The notes: a model not told the origin generated them from the sequence alone. A stretch of 64,000 nucleotides of DNA from an uncultured Lentimicrobiaceae bacterium (GCA_964590645.1 CAZPYJ010000021.1:5121-69120); one strand, 5' to 3'; numbered from the stretch's first letter, positions 11,755 through 22,666 are shown. Made by a program: numbers and translations.

Positions 11755-12990
11755 ATGAATTACCGTCCGCTAAAGCAAACCGAAAGAATTGACTTGATCG
11801 ATGCAGTAAGAGGTTTTGCCCTCCTGGGCATTCTGATGGTGAATATGCCATATATGTATGAGCCAATGACTGCGATATTGCTGGGGGCAAGACCCGATGC
11901 ATCCCTTGATGACATCATTGCGAAATCATTCATTATGTTCTTCTTCGAAGGCAAATTTTATGTGATCTTCTCAATGCTGTTTGGTTTTGGGTTCTTCATT
12001 TTCCTGAGCAAAGGCAAGGACTACGGAAACAATATTCTGCCCGTTTTCAGCAGGAGGCTCTTCTTTCTCTTCCTTTTCGGTGTAGCCCATATTGTTCTGC
12101 TCTGGGCAGGGGATATCCTGCTTTATTATGCACTGTTCGGATTTGTATTGATCCTGTTCCGGAATGCCTCCGATAAAAAGATTGTAAAGTGGCTGCTTGG
12201 CTTAACATTGCTCCCCACAATACTGCTCACAATAATGACTTCGCTTGTTGTCCTCTTTTCTCAGATTCCCGAGGTTAAACCGGAAATAGACGCCCAGTTC
12301 CGTGAAAACACTTTGGTGATAAGCGAGTTGGTTGAGCGGGCCACTTTGGTATATTCCACAGCCGGCTTTGCCGAGATCATTGCGGTCAGAATAGAAGAGT
12401 TCCTCAGCTTGCTCAGCGGCAGTTTGTTCTTTTTCTGCCCGCTCATTCTGGCGATGTTTTTATTTGGACTCCTGATTGCCCGCAGAGGCATTGTGGCAAA
12501 CTATCCAAACTATCTTCCCCTTTTCCGGAAGCTCTTTTGGTGGAGTTTAGCCCTGGGACTGATTACCAATACCCTGTACCTTATTGCATCCCGATATGCG
12601 GTTCAGAGTATCCCGGATGGATGGTCCTTATTGTTTATGACTATGCACACATTTGGCGGGCTTTCACTGGGCTTATGTTATGTATCCGGAATAGCAATTT
12701 TGTATATCTGGGGCAGGGGCGGTTTTTTTACAAGGTATTTCGCTCCCATAGGCAGGATGGCTCTCACGAACTACCTGCTTCAGTCCATCCTTGGTGCAGC
12801 CCTCTTCCATTCATACGGCTTGGGTTTATATGGGAAGGTGGCTGTCTGGCAGGGTATTGTTTTGACCATCCTGATCTTTGCAGGACAAGTATTCTTCAGC
12901 CGATGGTGGTTTACCCATTTTCAGTTCGGACCCTTCGAATGGCTTTGGAGAAGCCTGACCTACGGCAAGCTTCAGGCTATGCGAAAGTGA
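11755..12990 (+). CDS. DUF418 (YeiB-like) membrane protein
   Basis: Start trimmed to the ATG at 11755. RIDLIDAVRGFALLGILMVNM at the N-terminus and LTNYLLQS..FGPFEWLWRSLTY at the C-terminus are hallmark DUF418 motifs. Confidence 0.85.
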   Translation: MNYRPLKQTERIDLIDAVRGFALLGILMVNMPYMYEPMTAILLGARPDASLDDIIAKSFIMFFFEGKFYVIFSMLFGFGFFIFLSKGKDYGNNILPVFSRRLFFLFLFGVAHIVLLWAGDILLYYALFGFVLILFRNASDKKIVKWLLGLTLLPTILLTIMTSLVVLFSQIPEVKPEIDAQFRENTLVISELVERATLVYSTAGFAEIIAVRIEEFLSLLSGSLFFFCPLILAMFLFGLLIARRGIVANYPNYLPLFRKLFWWSLALGLITNTLYLIASRYAVQSIPDGWSLLFMTMHTFGGLSLGLCYVSGIAILYIWGRGGFFTRYFAPIGRMALTNYLLQSILGAALFHSYGLGLYGKVAVWQGIVLTILIFAGQVFFSRWWFTHFQFGPFEWLWRSLTYGKLQAMRK

Positions 12991-13179
12991 TTGGTTTTGT
13001 TGGGGCAGGATTGGCCCCTGCTTACCAATAAACTGCCTGCTGACAAAGGGCGCCTCATCAATCCAGGATGCATTTCCTCTGAATGGTATTGGCTCAATCG
13101 GGAAACAATCTGGGAAAGGGATCAAAGAATGGGCCTACTACAGTCTGTGTTCTTCCTTCGGATCGAAGCAAGTTTCGGC

Positions 13180-14661
13180 TCATAAAAACCCTTTCTTCTC
13201 TCTGATCCATACCACCCCCGCAAAACCAATCAGCAACACGCCATTTACCATCACAGGCATAATCAATCCCGGAACAGGCAGGGCTTCGCTCAGGGCATAG
13301 ATACCCAGGGCGAGCAGGCTATAGAATCCGATGCCGCGTAAATCATAAGGGATGGGGTAATGCTTTTTTCCCCAGAAATACGACAATACCATCATTGTCC
13401 CATAGCAGGCAAAATGGGCCCAGGCCGCACCCCGGTAACCGATCAGAGGGATGAGGGTGAAAAGCATTCCCAGGGTAATCAGTGATCCCAGTACAGCCAG
13501 CAAAGCACCGTAACGGGTGAGATCATTGAGCTTATACCAGACCGACAGATTGTAGAACACCCCAAGGAACAAATTGGCCAGCAATACGATGGGTACAATA
13601 TGCAGTCCGTCGCGAAAATCGGGGCCGATAAAAAACTTAACCACATCCAGAAAAAGCATCACCCCCAGGAAGATCAGCCATCCGAAGAGGATGAAATACT
13701 TCATCACCAGGGCATAGGTTTCGCGGGCTTTGAGCTCCCGGGCCTGGGAAAAGAAAAAAGGTTCGGCGGCATAGCGAAACATCTGAATAAAAAGGGTCAT
13801 CAAGACCGCCAGCTTGTAGTTGGCACCATAAACACCCAACTGAGCCAGGGCAGTATCAGGATTGGGGAGCAGATGCTTTAACAATAGCTTGTCGGATACC
13901 TCATTCACCATCCCCGCCAATCCGACAATCAGCAAAGGCAGGGCGTAGCGGAGCATTTTTTTCAGAAGACTGATATCAAAAGCCCAGCGCAGCCCGGTGA
14001 AATCCGGGATCAGCAAGAGAAAAGTGACCAGGGTGGCGATGAGGTTGGCCAGGAAGGCATAGCCCACCCCGAATCCGGGATCATATATGCCGCTGAGCCA
14101 GCCCTCCGGATGGGCTGCAAGCCAACGCGGACAAACAACCAGAAAAAAGAGGTTAAAGCCGATGTTCACCAATACATTGACCACTTTGATGCTGGCAAAA
14201 CGCAAGGCCCGGTTCTGTTGACGGAGCCGGGCAAAAGGCAGGGCGGCAAAGGCATCTATCCCCACTATCAGACTGAACAAAATGATGTATTCCGGATTGG
14301 CGCTGTATTCAATCCATCCGGCCACATCACGGTAGAACAGCCCCATCAGCAGAATAAAAAACCCGGAAGTAAAGAGCAAGGCAGTCAGGGCGGTGGTATA
14401 TACCTTGTTTTCTGTTCCCTCTCCCTTGCTGCTGTCGGCAAAACGGAAAAAAGAAGTCTCCATACCATAGGTCAGTAAAACCATCAGGAAGGCTACATAA
14501 GCGTACAATTCCGTCACCATCCCGTATTCGCCCTGCTGGAAAACACGGGTGTAGAAAGGCGTCAGCAGGAGATAGTTAAGCAGGCGGGGAACAATGGTTC
14601 CCATCCCATAAACGGCTGTCTGACCAGCCAGCATCTTGAGTGGATGACGTGGGCTGTGCAT
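13180..14661 (-). CDS. MOP-superfamily polysaccharide/oligosaccharide flippase
   Basis: Polytopic, ~490 aa. Start trimmed to MHSPRHPLKMLAGQTAVYGMGTIVPRLLNYLL, the typical N-terminus of Bacteroidota Wzx-like proteins. Confidence 0.8.
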   Translation of the reverse strand: MHSPRHPLKMLAGQTAVYGMGTIVPRLLNYLLLTPFYTRVFQQGEYGMVTELYAYVAFLMVLLTYGMETSFFRFADSSKGEGTENKVYTTALTALLFTSGFFILLMGLFYRDVAGWIEYSANPEYIILFSLIVGIDAFAALPFARLRQQNRALRFASIKVVNVLVNIGFNLFFLVVCPRWLAAHPEGWLSGIYDPGFGVGYAFLANLIATLVTFLLLIPDFTGLRWAFDISLLKKMLRYALPLLIVGLAGMVNEVSDKLLLKHLLPNPDTALAQLGVYGANYKLAVLMTLFIQMFRYAAEPFFFSQARELKARETYALVMKYFILFGWLIFLGVMLFLDVVKFFIGPDFRDGLHIVPIVLLANLFLGVFYNLSVWYKLNDLTRYGALLAVLGSLITLGMLFTLIPLIGYRGAAWAHFACYGTMMVLSYFWGKKHYPIPYDLRGIGFYSLLALGIYALSEALPVPGLIMPVMVNGVLLIGFAGVVWIREKKGFL

Positions 14662-14717
14662 TGGACAAATGTATGGAATCCTTTCCTTTGTATGTTGCAA
14701 GTAAAACAAGAAGCAGG

Positions 14718-15899
14718 ATGGAGTGGAATTTTGATGAAATCATAGAAAGAAGCGGTACAGACAGTGTGCAGTATGATCTGAGGAAAACCTTGTTCGGGAA
14801 AGAAGACGTCCTTCCGATGTGGGTGGCGGATATGGACTTTAAAACCCCTGCCTTTGTTATGGAGGCCATCCGGAGGCGTGCCAAACACGAGGTCCTGGGT
14901 TATTCTGTTCGCGGGGAAGGATATCAACAGGCTTTGGTCGACTGGGTGAAAGCCCGTCATAATTGGGAAATCAGCAAAGACTGTATCCTCTTCTCCCCGG
15001 GGGTGGTCCCCGCCCTGTCGATGCTGGTGATGACTTTCACCGAACCGGGAGATAAAGTCATCGTCCAGCCTCCGGTTTATTTCCCCTTTTTCTCTTCTGT
15101 TAAACAGAACCGACGACGCCTTCTTCGCAATCCTCTGTTCAGAAAAGGAAGGCAGTATGTGATGGATCTGGAGCAACTGAAATCACGGATTGATGATCAA
15201 ACCCGGATGATTTTTCTCTGCCATCCCCATAATCCTGTAGGGCGTGCCTGGACAGAAAAGGAGCTGAGGGAGCTGGCCGATATTTGCCTGGAACACCAGA
15301 TCCTGATGGTGTCGGATGAGATCCATTGTGACCTTGTGCTTCCCGGACACAGCCATATCCCGCTGGCCAGTCTTTCACCGGAAATAGCGGCACAGACCAT
15401 CACCTGTATGGCTCCTTCCAAAACATTTAACCTGGCCGGGCTGGCCACTTCCCACGTGATCATCTCTGACGAGAAACTGCGGAAAAGATTCAATACCACC
15501 CTCGAACAGCTGCACGCAGGGATGGGCAATATCTTCGGGACAGTAGCCGCCGAAGCAGCTTACCGCCAGGGGGACGAATGGCGCAGACAGATGCTGCAAT
15601 ATGTACAAGGCAATGTGAACTATCTGGATCATTTTCTGAAGTCTCATATCCCGGAGATAAGGATGATCAGGCCGGAAGCCACTTATATGGCCTGGCTGGA
15701 TTGCCGCGGCTTGGGGATGGAGGAGCAGGAGCTGAAAGATTTTATGATCTTTAAGGCCGGACTGGGGCTGAACGATGGGCCGATGTTCGGGGAAGGAGGC
15801 AAGGGGTATCAGCGCATCAACCTGGCCTGCCCCCGTTCAAAAGTAGAGCAGGCTACCCGGCAGTTATCGGAGGCCATTATTACGTGGAGGAAAGCCTGA
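14718..15899 (+). CDS. PLP-dependent C-S lyase / aminotransferase class I/II (MalY/PatB-like cystathionine beta-lyase)
   Basis: Start trimmed to MEWNFDEIIERSGTDSVQYD. PLP lysine context APSKTFNLAGL; ends in GYQRINLACPRS. Confidence 0.85.
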   Translation: MEWNFDEIIERSGTDSVQYDLRKTLFGKEDVLPMWVADMDFKTPAFVMEAIRRRAKHEVLGYSVRGEGYQQALVDWVKARHNWEISKDCILFSPGVVPALSMLVMTFTEPGDKVIVQPPVYFPFFSSVKQNRRRLLRNPLFRKGRQYVMDLEQLKSRIDDQTRMIFLCHPHNPVGRAWTEKELRELADICLEHQILMVSDEIHCDLVLPGHSHIPLASLSPEIAAQTITCMAPSKTFNLAGLATSHVIISDEKLRKRFNTTLEQLHAGMGNIFGTVAAEAAYRQGDEWRRQMLQYVQGNVNYLDHFLKSHIPEIRMIRPEATYMAWLDCRGLGMEEQELKDFMIFKAGLGLNDGPMFGEGGKGYQRINLACPRSKVEQATRQLSEAIITWRKA

Positions 15900-16000
15900 G
15901 GCTTGCTGCCGGGCAGGCCCCTATGAATATAACCTCCTGGCAGAGTCTCGCCTGCATCGGGCCAGAGAGGGATTTCCACCTCCTGATCAAGCATTATCCT

Positions 16001-16008
16001 TACTTTTG
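16001..16008 (+). promoter_or_regulatory. Bacteroidota-type -7 promoter box (TAnnTTTG) upstream of glnS
   Basis: TACTTTTG lies 17 nt upstream of the glnS ATG. Confidence 0.45.
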
Positions 16009-16024
16009 CAGCTGTTCCTGAACA

Positions 16025-17728
16025 ATGCTGATTATGGAAAATCCTGTAACGGAAAAGAACGAGCAAATCCGCTCCCTGAATTTTATTGAAGAAATCATTG
16101 AAAAAGACCTGGCAGCAGGCAAGAACGAGAAAAGGGTGCACACCCGTTTCCCGCCCGAACCCAATGGATACCTTCACATCGGCCACGCCAAATCAATCTG
16201 CCTCAACTTCGGCCTGGCTGAGCGCTACAATGGGCTGTGTAACCTGCGATTCGACGATACCAATCCGGAAAAAGAAGAACAGGAGTATGTGGATTCCATC
16301 ACCGAAGATGTTGGCTGGCTGGGTTTTGAATGGGAGGGGGAAGCACGTTATGCCTCTGATTATTTTGAGCAGTTATATGAATGGGCTGAGCAACTGATCA
16401 AGGCAGGCAAGGCCTATGTGGATGACCAGCCACAGGAAGTCATCTCCGGACAGAGGGGCACACCCACCCGCCCGGGGGAGGAAAGCCCTTTTCGGCAGCG
16501 CAGTACTGAAGAGAACCTGGACCTTTTCCGGAGAATGAAAGCCGGCGAGTATCCCAACGGCAGCCGAGTGCTTAGGGCCCGCATTGATATGGCCTCTCCC
16601 AATATGCATATGCGCGATCCGGTCCTCTACCGCATCCTACACAGGGAACATCACCGTACCGGAAACAAATGGTGTATTTATCCAATGTACGACTGGGCGC
16701 ACGGACAATCAGACTACCTGGAAGGCATTACCCACTCGGTATGCACCCTTGAGTTTGAAATTCATCGTCCGCTATACGACTGGTTCCTGGATCAGCTGGT
16801 GGAGCCCGGAGCCTATCGACCGCGGCAGATAGAGTTCGCCCGCCTCAACCTGAGTTATACCGTGATGAGTAAGAGAAAACTGCTTCAGATGGTGCAGGAT
16901 CATCACGTGAAAGGCTGGGATGACCCGCGTATGCCTACCATATCAGGACTCAGAAGACGAGGCTATACTCCGGCATCCATCCGTCGTTTCGCCGACCTGG
17001 TGGGGGTAGCCAAAAGAGACAATGTCATTGATGTGGCCTTGCTGGAGTTTGCAATCAGGGAAGACCTGAATAAGAAAGCAGCCAGGGTAATGGCAGTGCT
17101 GGATCCCATTAAGGTGATCATCACCAATTATCCTGAAGATCAGTTCGAGATGCTGGAGATGATCAATAATCCGGAAGACGAAACGATGGGCAGCCGTGAA
17201 ATGCCTTTTGGCCGTGAGCTCTGGATAGAGCGGGAAGATTTTATGGAAAACCCGTCCAGAAAGTATTTTCGCCTTTCCCCGGGAAACGAAGTCCGCTTAA
17301 AGAGTGCCTACATCATCCGTTGTGACAAGGTGCTGCACGATCAAGACGGCCGCATTCTTGAACTGCACTGCACCTACGACCCTGAAACCCGCAGCGGAAA
17401 AGCGGTGGGCAGAAAAGTAAAAGGCACCATCCACTGGGTGTCTGCCGCGCACGCCATTGATGCGGAAGTTCGTCTGTACGACCGCCTTTTTATGGACCCT
17501 GACCCTGATGGGCACAAGGACAAGCCATTTCTGGAGTTTCTCAATCCTGATTCTCTGCAGGTGATTCCTCACGCTAAGCTGGAACCCGGCCTCCACTCAC
17601 TCACAGTGGGTGAATCAGTGCAATTTGTCCGCCTCGGCTATTTCTGCGTTGATCCGGACAGCACTGCGGAAAAAATGGTTTTCAATCGTACCGTCACCCT
17701 GAAAGAAACCTGGAAAAAAGAGGGGTAG
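16025..17728 (+). CDS. glnS: glutamine--tRNA ligase
   Basis: HIGH motif (YLHIGHAKS) and MSK motif (TVMSKRKL); 567 aa. Confidence 0.95.
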   Translation: MLIMENPVTEKNEQIRSLNFIEEIIEKDLAAGKNEKRVHTRFPPEPNGYLHIGHAKSICLNFGLAERYNGLCNLRFDDTNPEKEEQEYVDSITEDVGWLGFEWEGEARYASDYFEQLYEWAEQLIKAGKAYVDDQPQEVISGQRGTPTRPGEESPFRQRSTEENLDLFRRMKAGEYPNGSRVLRARIDMASPNMHMRDPVLYRILHREHHRTGNKWCIYPMYDWAHGQSDYLEGITHSVCTLEFEIHRPLYDWFLDQLVEPGAYRPRQIEFARLNLSYTVMSKRKLLQMVQDHHVKGWDDPRMPTISGLRRRGYTPASIRRFADLVGVAKRDNVIDVALLEFAIREDLNKKAARVMAVLDPIKVIITNYPEDQFEMLEMINNPEDETMGSREMPFGRELWIEREDFMENPSRKYFRLSPGNEVRLKSAYIIRCDKVLHDQDGRILELHCTYDPETRSGKAVGRKVKGTIHWVSAAHAIDAEVRLYDRLFMDPDPDGHKDKPFLEFLNPDSLQVIPHAKLEPGLHSLTVGESVQFVRLGYFCVDPDSTAEKMVFNRTVTLKETWKKEG

Positions 17729-18010
17729 AACAATACGCATTAGTTGCCCTTGTTGCCTCCAGGCTGCGCCTTCAGACATTGACACCTCCCTGTATCCCCC
17801 CTTAAGGGGAATCCCGGCTGTCCGTGAACTTTGCCTGCGGACAGGGTGGTGCAGGGCAGAAGGCCTTAGGTAAAACCAGAATAAATAAGTCACCTGCCAC
17901 CGCTTTCCAACCTGGCTTTCACGCTCCGTATCAAAATGTGCTTATTTTTGCCGCACATTGTTATTACAATAACAGAAGGTTGGTTTTTTTGAAAAATTAA
18001 GCAGGCTTAA

Positions 18011-21000
18011 ATGTATACGATAGATAAACACCCTATCCTGAATGTTCCGCAAAGGGAGGAGCATCCCTTCAAATTCAACGGAAAGACCATCACCGGGAAG
18101 CTTGGCTTCACCATTGCAGCTGCCCTTCACCAGGCAGGCTATCCGGTGCACAGCCACAGCCTCAAAAACCGGGAGCGCAGCCTCGAGTGCGGTATCGGGA
18201 AATGCGGTGCCTGTGAAATGCTGGTGGATGGGGAAATCAAAAGGATTTGCATCACCAAAATTGACCAGGTCTCACGCGTGGATGAGATCCCACGCGAATT
18301 CACCCCTCCGCTCCGCGCACCCGAACGCCAGGAACCCTATAAAGTATTCCGTACTTCGGTGGTCATCGTGGGGGCAGGGCCGGCCGGACTGGCAACCCGT
18401 GAATTGCTGAATGAACACGGGGTGGATAATATCGTGATCGACAGCAACGATGAGATTGGGGGGCAGTTCCTGATGCAAACCCACCAGTTCTTCTTTTTTG
18501 AAAAGGAAAAAGAGTTCGGCGGCCTCCGCGGCTTTGAAATTGCCCACAACCTGGCCGGAGAAAGCCACGAAGATATCTTCCTGAATTCTACCGTCTGGGA
18601 TATCCTCGAAGGCAAGCGGCTGGCAGTGAAAAATATACGTACCGATGAGATTTATTTCGTTGATGCCGACCATCTGGTTGTGGCCACCGGTGCCGTCCCC
18701 TTTATGCCCACCTTCGAGAACGACGATCTGCCGGGCGTCTACACCGCCGCAGTGGTGCAGAAAATGATGAATACAGAGTTCACCCTGCTGGGGCGGAAAG
18801 TGCTTACGGTTGGTGCAGGTAATATCGGTTACCTGACCTCCTACCAGCTAATGCAGGCCGGCGCCAGCGTCAAGGCCATTCTTGAAGCCCGCCCGGAAGA
18901 GGGCGGATTCCCTGTACAGGCCAACCGGGTACGCCGACTGGGCATTCCCGTGCTGACCAGCCATATCCTTCTCAAAGCCATCCCCAATGAGAAAAGAGAT
19001 GGCATCATCGGTGCTGTGGTGGCCCGTGCCGAGAACTTCAAACCCATCGCGGGAACAGAGAAAATCATTTACGACATCGATGCCATCAACATCTGCACAG
19101 GCCTGGTTTCCGATGACCAGCTGCTGATCAAGGGCAATGAGATCTTTGGCCGTCAGTGCTATGGTGCCGGCGATGCCATCCGTATCGGGGAAGGAACAAG
19201 CGCAGTGCTCCGCGGCAAGCAGGTCGCCTACGAGATCCTGCAGGAAATGGGAAAGGGCTACAACTACGATGCTTTCCTGGCGGTCTCCAAAGAGTATATC
19301 GACTCTCAGCAACATCCCACCCGCGTTATCGAAAGGCCCTATCTGCCTTCTGCAGAGAGAATGAACCAAAAACCTTTCGTCCTGATCGACTGCCTCTATG
19401 GCTTTGCCTGCAACCCCTGTGAGTTTGCCTGTCCGCACGGAGCCATCACAAAAACTTCAACCAGCACGGTGCCTGCCATCGACTTTGAAAAGTGCATCGG
19501 TTGTATGGAATGTGTTTATCAATGTCCCGGACTGGCTATTTTTGGATACAGCTTTAAAAAGAACTGGCTCTTTCTCCCCATCGAGTATGATGTGCAGGAA
19601 GGTGAGGAGGTGTTTCTTGTGGATAATCAGGGACACAAGCTTGGAGAAGGCGTGATCACCCGCATCTTACGAAAACCCAATAAAACACACATCGCACGGG
19701 TGCAAGCCACCGATATTGAAGGAGAAGCCCTGATGAATGTCAGAGGCTTTATATTGAAAGAACAGTATCCTGAACCGATTGAATTTGCCGGAATGCAGGA
19801 GGAGATTGAATCGGAAACCTATATCTGCCATTGCGATGATGTCACTTTGAAGGAGATCCTGGACGTAGTGGGCGAACGGAAGTATATTTCCGTGGATGAG
19901 ATCAAGCATACCACCCGTCTGGGGATGGGTGCCTGCCGGGGTAAGCGCTGTATCCCGCGCCTGAAGCAGCTCGTCCGTCCATTGGGCATCAGCATCGTGG
20001 GTGAAGCAACACCCCGCGGCCCCCTGTCCAACCAGATCGGGATGGGCGAGGTATTCCCCCGTGAGCACAACGATCGTTACATCACCGCTATCCACCATAT
20101 GAAACTGCACCGGCAAAAAACCGATGTTTTCATCGCAGGGGGTGGAATCGGGGGCAGTGCCCTCTACCGCTATTTTGCCGAAGCCGGACAAAGTCCGGTG
20201 CTGGTGAACTTTGGCCGGGGGGCTTCCTGGCGGAATATTGCCGGTGGCCGGACGGCATTTACCCTGCCCGAAATCGCCGAAATCGCCAAAGAAAACCACC
20301 GCATCTTCATAGAGCTCCAGGAAGTCAGAAACATTGATTACCGCCTGATTGAGTATGTGACTTTTGCCCACGACGATCCCACCTATGCCGCCCTCGAAGC
20401 CTCCAAAGCCTGGTCAGATGCCTATATGGTGGAACCCAAAGATTTCCGGAAAGAAATATCCCCCTATATGAACCCCGCCCTGAATAAGTATCAGGCGGCA
20501 CTGCTAACACGCGATTGCTGGCAGGCAACGCCTGGCAAGGTGATCGACCTGATCCGCAGGATGGGCACGGAAGCCGGGGGACAGATGCTGGAAGATTGTC
20601 AACTGCTCGACATCCACCCCGACGGGGATAAGATCCACGCCCTGGTGAAAGATCACGATGGGCGCTTCATCGAGTTTGAATGCAATCATTTTGTGAATGC
20701 CCTCGGGCCGGACGCTGAAACTTTTGCCCGCAAACTGGGGATCAGCACCGGCCTCTTCCCGGTGAAGCATCAGGCCTTTATCACCCGCCGCCTGCCTTAT
20801 CTGGGAAAAAACAATATCCCATTGCCAATGCTCATCGATCGACGCAACTACAAAGGCTTCACCGCGGTGTATGGCCAGCAGCTGGCGGAAACCGGACAGG
20901 TGATCGGTTGCGCTTCACCGGCAGTAGAGGCGATGGAGACGGATAAGAATTTGAAGATCAACTCCAAGGAGTTCATTGAAATCGTTTCCGAGATATTTGT

Positions 21001-21244
21001 GGATTGGATTCCCCAGCTTTCCAGCGTAGGTTTCCAGGCAGTATGGGCAGGCTATTATATCGAACCGAGAATGTATGTGGATCCGGCAAAAGGCTTGTTT
21101 ACAGGCCTGCGCGGACAAGGCTTTATGCTGGGGCAATACCTGGCTAAGCTATACGTGGATGCCGCCCTCGGAAAGCCTGTGCCCTCCTATTTCGAAAGAC
21201 TGAAGATGGAAGGCGACGGTTTGCTGGAGAAAGCCTTCAAGTAG
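18011..21244 (+). CDS. multidomain redox protein. Domain order: [2Fe-2S] domain, FAD/NAD(P) pyridine-nucleotide-disulfide oxidoreductase, 2x[4Fe-4S] ferredoxin, BFD-like [2Fe-2S], then DAO-type FAD oxidase. This amounts to HcnA/HcnB/HcnC-like or opine/sarcosine-oxidase-like modules fused.
   Basis: Motifs in order: CGIGKCGACEMLVDGEIKRIC; VVIVGAGPAGLA and TVGAGNIGYL (two Rossmann folds); CNPCEFACPHG and CIGCMECVYQCP; ICHCDDVTLKEI...GACRGKRC; DVFIAGGGIGGSALY followed by ~370 aa of DAO-like sequence. Confidence 0.8.
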   Translation: MYTIDKHPILNVPQREEHPFKFNGKTITGKLGFTIAAALHQAGYPVHSHSLKNRERSLECGIGKCGACEMLVDGEIKRICITKIDQVSRVDEIPREFTPPLRAPERQEPYKVFRTSVVIVGAGPAGLATRELLNEHGVDNIVIDSNDEIGGQFLMQTHQFFFFEKEKEFGGLRGFEIAHNLAGESHEDIFLNSTVWDILEGKRLAVKNIRTDEIYFVDADHLVVATGAVPFMPTFENDDLPGVYTAAVVQKMMNTEFTLLGRKVLTVGAGNIGYLTSYQLMQAGASVKAILEARPEEGGFPVQANRVRRLGIPVLTSHILLKAIPNEKRDGIIGAVVARAENFKPIAGTEKIIYDIDAINICTGLVSDDQLLIKGNEIFGRQCYGAGDAIRIGEGTSAVLRGKQVAYEILQEMGKGYNYDAFLAVSKEYIDSQQHPTRVIERPYLPSAERMNQKPFVLIDCLYGFACNPCEFACPHGAITKTSTSTVPAIDFEKCIGCMECVYQCPGLAIFGYSFKKNWLFLPIEYDVQEGEEVFLVDNQGHKLGEGVITRILRKPNKTHIARVQATDIEGEALMNVRGFILKEQYPEPIEFAGMQEEIESETYICHCDDVTLKEILDVVGERKYISVDEIKHTTRLGMGACRGKRCIPRLKQLVRPLGISIVGEATPRGPLSNQIGMGEVFPREHNDRYITAIHHMKLHRQKTDVFIAGGGIGGSALYRYFAEAGQSPVLVNFGRGASWRNIAGGRTAFTLPEIAEIAKENHRIFIELQEVRNIDYRLIEYVTFAHDDPTYAALEASKAWSDAYMVEPKDFRKEISPYMNPALNKYQAALLTRDCWQATPGKVIDLIRRMGTEAGGQMLEDCQLLDIHPDGDKIHALVKDHDGRFIEFECNHFVNALGPDAETFARKLGISTGLFPVKHQAFITRRLPYLGKNNIPLPMLIDRRNYKGFTAVYGQQLAETGQVIGCASPAVEAMETDKNLKINSKEFIEIVSEIFVDWIPQLSSVGFQAVWAGYYIEPRMYVDPAKGLFTGLRGQGFMLGQYLAKLYVDAALGKPVPSYFERLKMEGDGLLEKAFK

Positions 21245-21331
21245 CCCGATGCCCTTTCGGAAAAAGTGTACATTTGAAAGGCAGAGAAGGAAGCCACAGG
21301 ATGCCGCTGTTTACCTTTAAAGCCGCAGGAT

Positions 21332-21889
21332 ATGTATAAAAGCAATCGCATCCGCTTGCGCCCCATTGAAGAAAGTGATGCCCCTCTTATCGCGGAAATG
21401 CGCTCGGATTTTGAGGATGTCAGGGCATATATTGGCCGGCCTTTCCCCAATCACGTGGAAGGCGAAAGGGAGTGGATCCGTGGCCTCTACCAGAAAGGCT
21501 TCCCCACTTCCATTGCAATGGTGGTTGAAGAGCTGGAAAGCAAGGCCTTTATCGGCTTTGTGGTAGCCAGCCAGATCCACTGGGTGCACCGCACTGCAGC
21601 ATACGGTGTCTTTTTGCATCGTAATGCCCGAGGCAAAGGCTATTTCAGGGAGGCACAGATTCTTTTCTTTGCCTATCTGTTTCGAGAATTAAATCTTCGA
21701 AAGCTTAATTCCAGTATCATTCCCTACAATCAGGTCGCAATAAAAGTGACAACATCCCTTGGATTTAAACAAGACGGACTGCGTAAGGAACAGATCTTCC
21801 AAAATGGGAAATATTATGATGAGATGACCATCAGCCTGATGGCATCAGATTTTTTTGCCTCTAATCCAGTGGATGAGATTGTGGTCTGA
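21332..21889 (+). CDS. GNAT family N-acetyltransferase (RimJ/RimL-like)
   Basis: 185 aa; IRLRPIEESDAPLI.. and acetyl-CoA pocket HRNARGKGYFREA. Confidence 0.8.
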   Translation: MYKSNRIRLRPIEESDAPLIAEMRSDFEDVRAYIGRPFPNHVEGEREWIRGLYQKGFPTSIAMVVEELESKAFIGFVVASQIHWVHRTAAYGVFLHRNARGKGYFREAQILFFAYLFRELNLRKLNSSIIPYNQVAIKVTTSLGFKQDGLRKEQIFQNGKYYDEMTISLMASDFFASNPVDEIVV

Positions 21890-22079
21890 AACCCATTTCC
21901 TCTTGCAGGCTATTCAGGCAGGTAATCCGTGGGAAAGACATCAAGATATCCTGCTATTCAAGTCAGAAATCCCTTTCCGCTTCCAAACCCTAAGAATATC
22001 AGGGGTCATCTGACAAAGTTATTTTCCCTTTTGGCAGCGGCATAAAAAAATTGACGCTGGTTCCACCGGGAAACAAATA

Positions 22080-22111
22080 TTTGGCTTTCATCCGATTACT
22101 TTATACATTTG
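22080..22111 (+). promoter_or_regulatory. Bacteroidota sigma-A promoter (TTTG-N20-TACATTTG) for the yceD-rpmF-plsX-fabH operon
   Basis: -33-like TTTG at 22080-22083 and -7 box TACATTTG at 22104-22111. The track ORF start at 22109 lies inside the box, so the true start must be downstream. Confidence 0.5.
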
Positions 22112-22132
22112 CAGCCCCAAATTTTTGACATT

Positions 22133-22666
22133 GTGGAAACACAGGATGATTTTATCATCCCGTTCAAAGGCCTGGCGCTTGGAGAGCATTCTTTTCATTA
22201 TGAGATAGATGCTGCGTTCTTTGCGGAACTGGATTATGCGGAATTGCAGAATGCGGAAGTGAGCGTGGATCTTCAGCTGGAACGGCAGGAGCGGATGCTG
22301 ATCCTGGATTTTGATATCCGGGGAAGCATAGAAGTGGAGTGTGATCGCTGCCTGGAACCTTTTCCCTTTCCCGTGGAAGGGCAAAGACAGCTGATCATTC
22401 AATTTGGTGATCATTATGAGGAAGAAGACGACGACATCATTGTGATCCCTTCTGAGGATCATCAGATTGATGTGACGCCACACCTTTACGATTACCTTCT
22501 CCTGATGCTACCCATAAAACGTGTGCATCCGGAAGATGCACAGGGAAGAAGCGGCTGCAATCCGGATATGCTCAGGAAACTTGAACGGCACGGCGACCCG
22601 CCCGGCTACGACAGCCGATGGGATGCGCTGAATGATTTGAAAAAGAAATGGAGTGATCAGAAATAA
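22133..22666 (+). CDS. yceD: YceD/DUF177 family protein (ribosome-associated, precedes rpmF)
   Basis: IPFKGLALGEHSFHYEID..CDRCLEPF is the DUF177 pattern, and the position upstream of rpmF is conserved. Start set to the GTG at 22133 because of the promoter box, so it is uncertain. Confidence 0.8.
   Translation: METQDDFIIPFKGLALGEHSFHYEIDAAFFAELDYAELQNAEVSVDLQLERQERMLILDFDIRGSIEVECDRCLEPFPFPVEGQRQLIIQFGDHYEEEDDDIIVIPSEDHQIDVTPHLYDYLLLMLPIKRVHPEDAQGRSGCNPDMLRKLERHGDPPGYDSRWDALNDLKKKWSDQK

Noticed and set aside
17729-18010. The 280-bp gap before the 1077-aa redox gene, with hairpins (for example CTGTCCG...CGGACAG and CCCCTTAAGGGG), as a possible riboswitch or sRNA.
   Set aside because: I could not match it to any riboswitch consensus I know (glycine, SAM, TPP, FMN, cobalamin). 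The listed minus-strand ORFs here look spurious. It is left unannotated rather than guessed.
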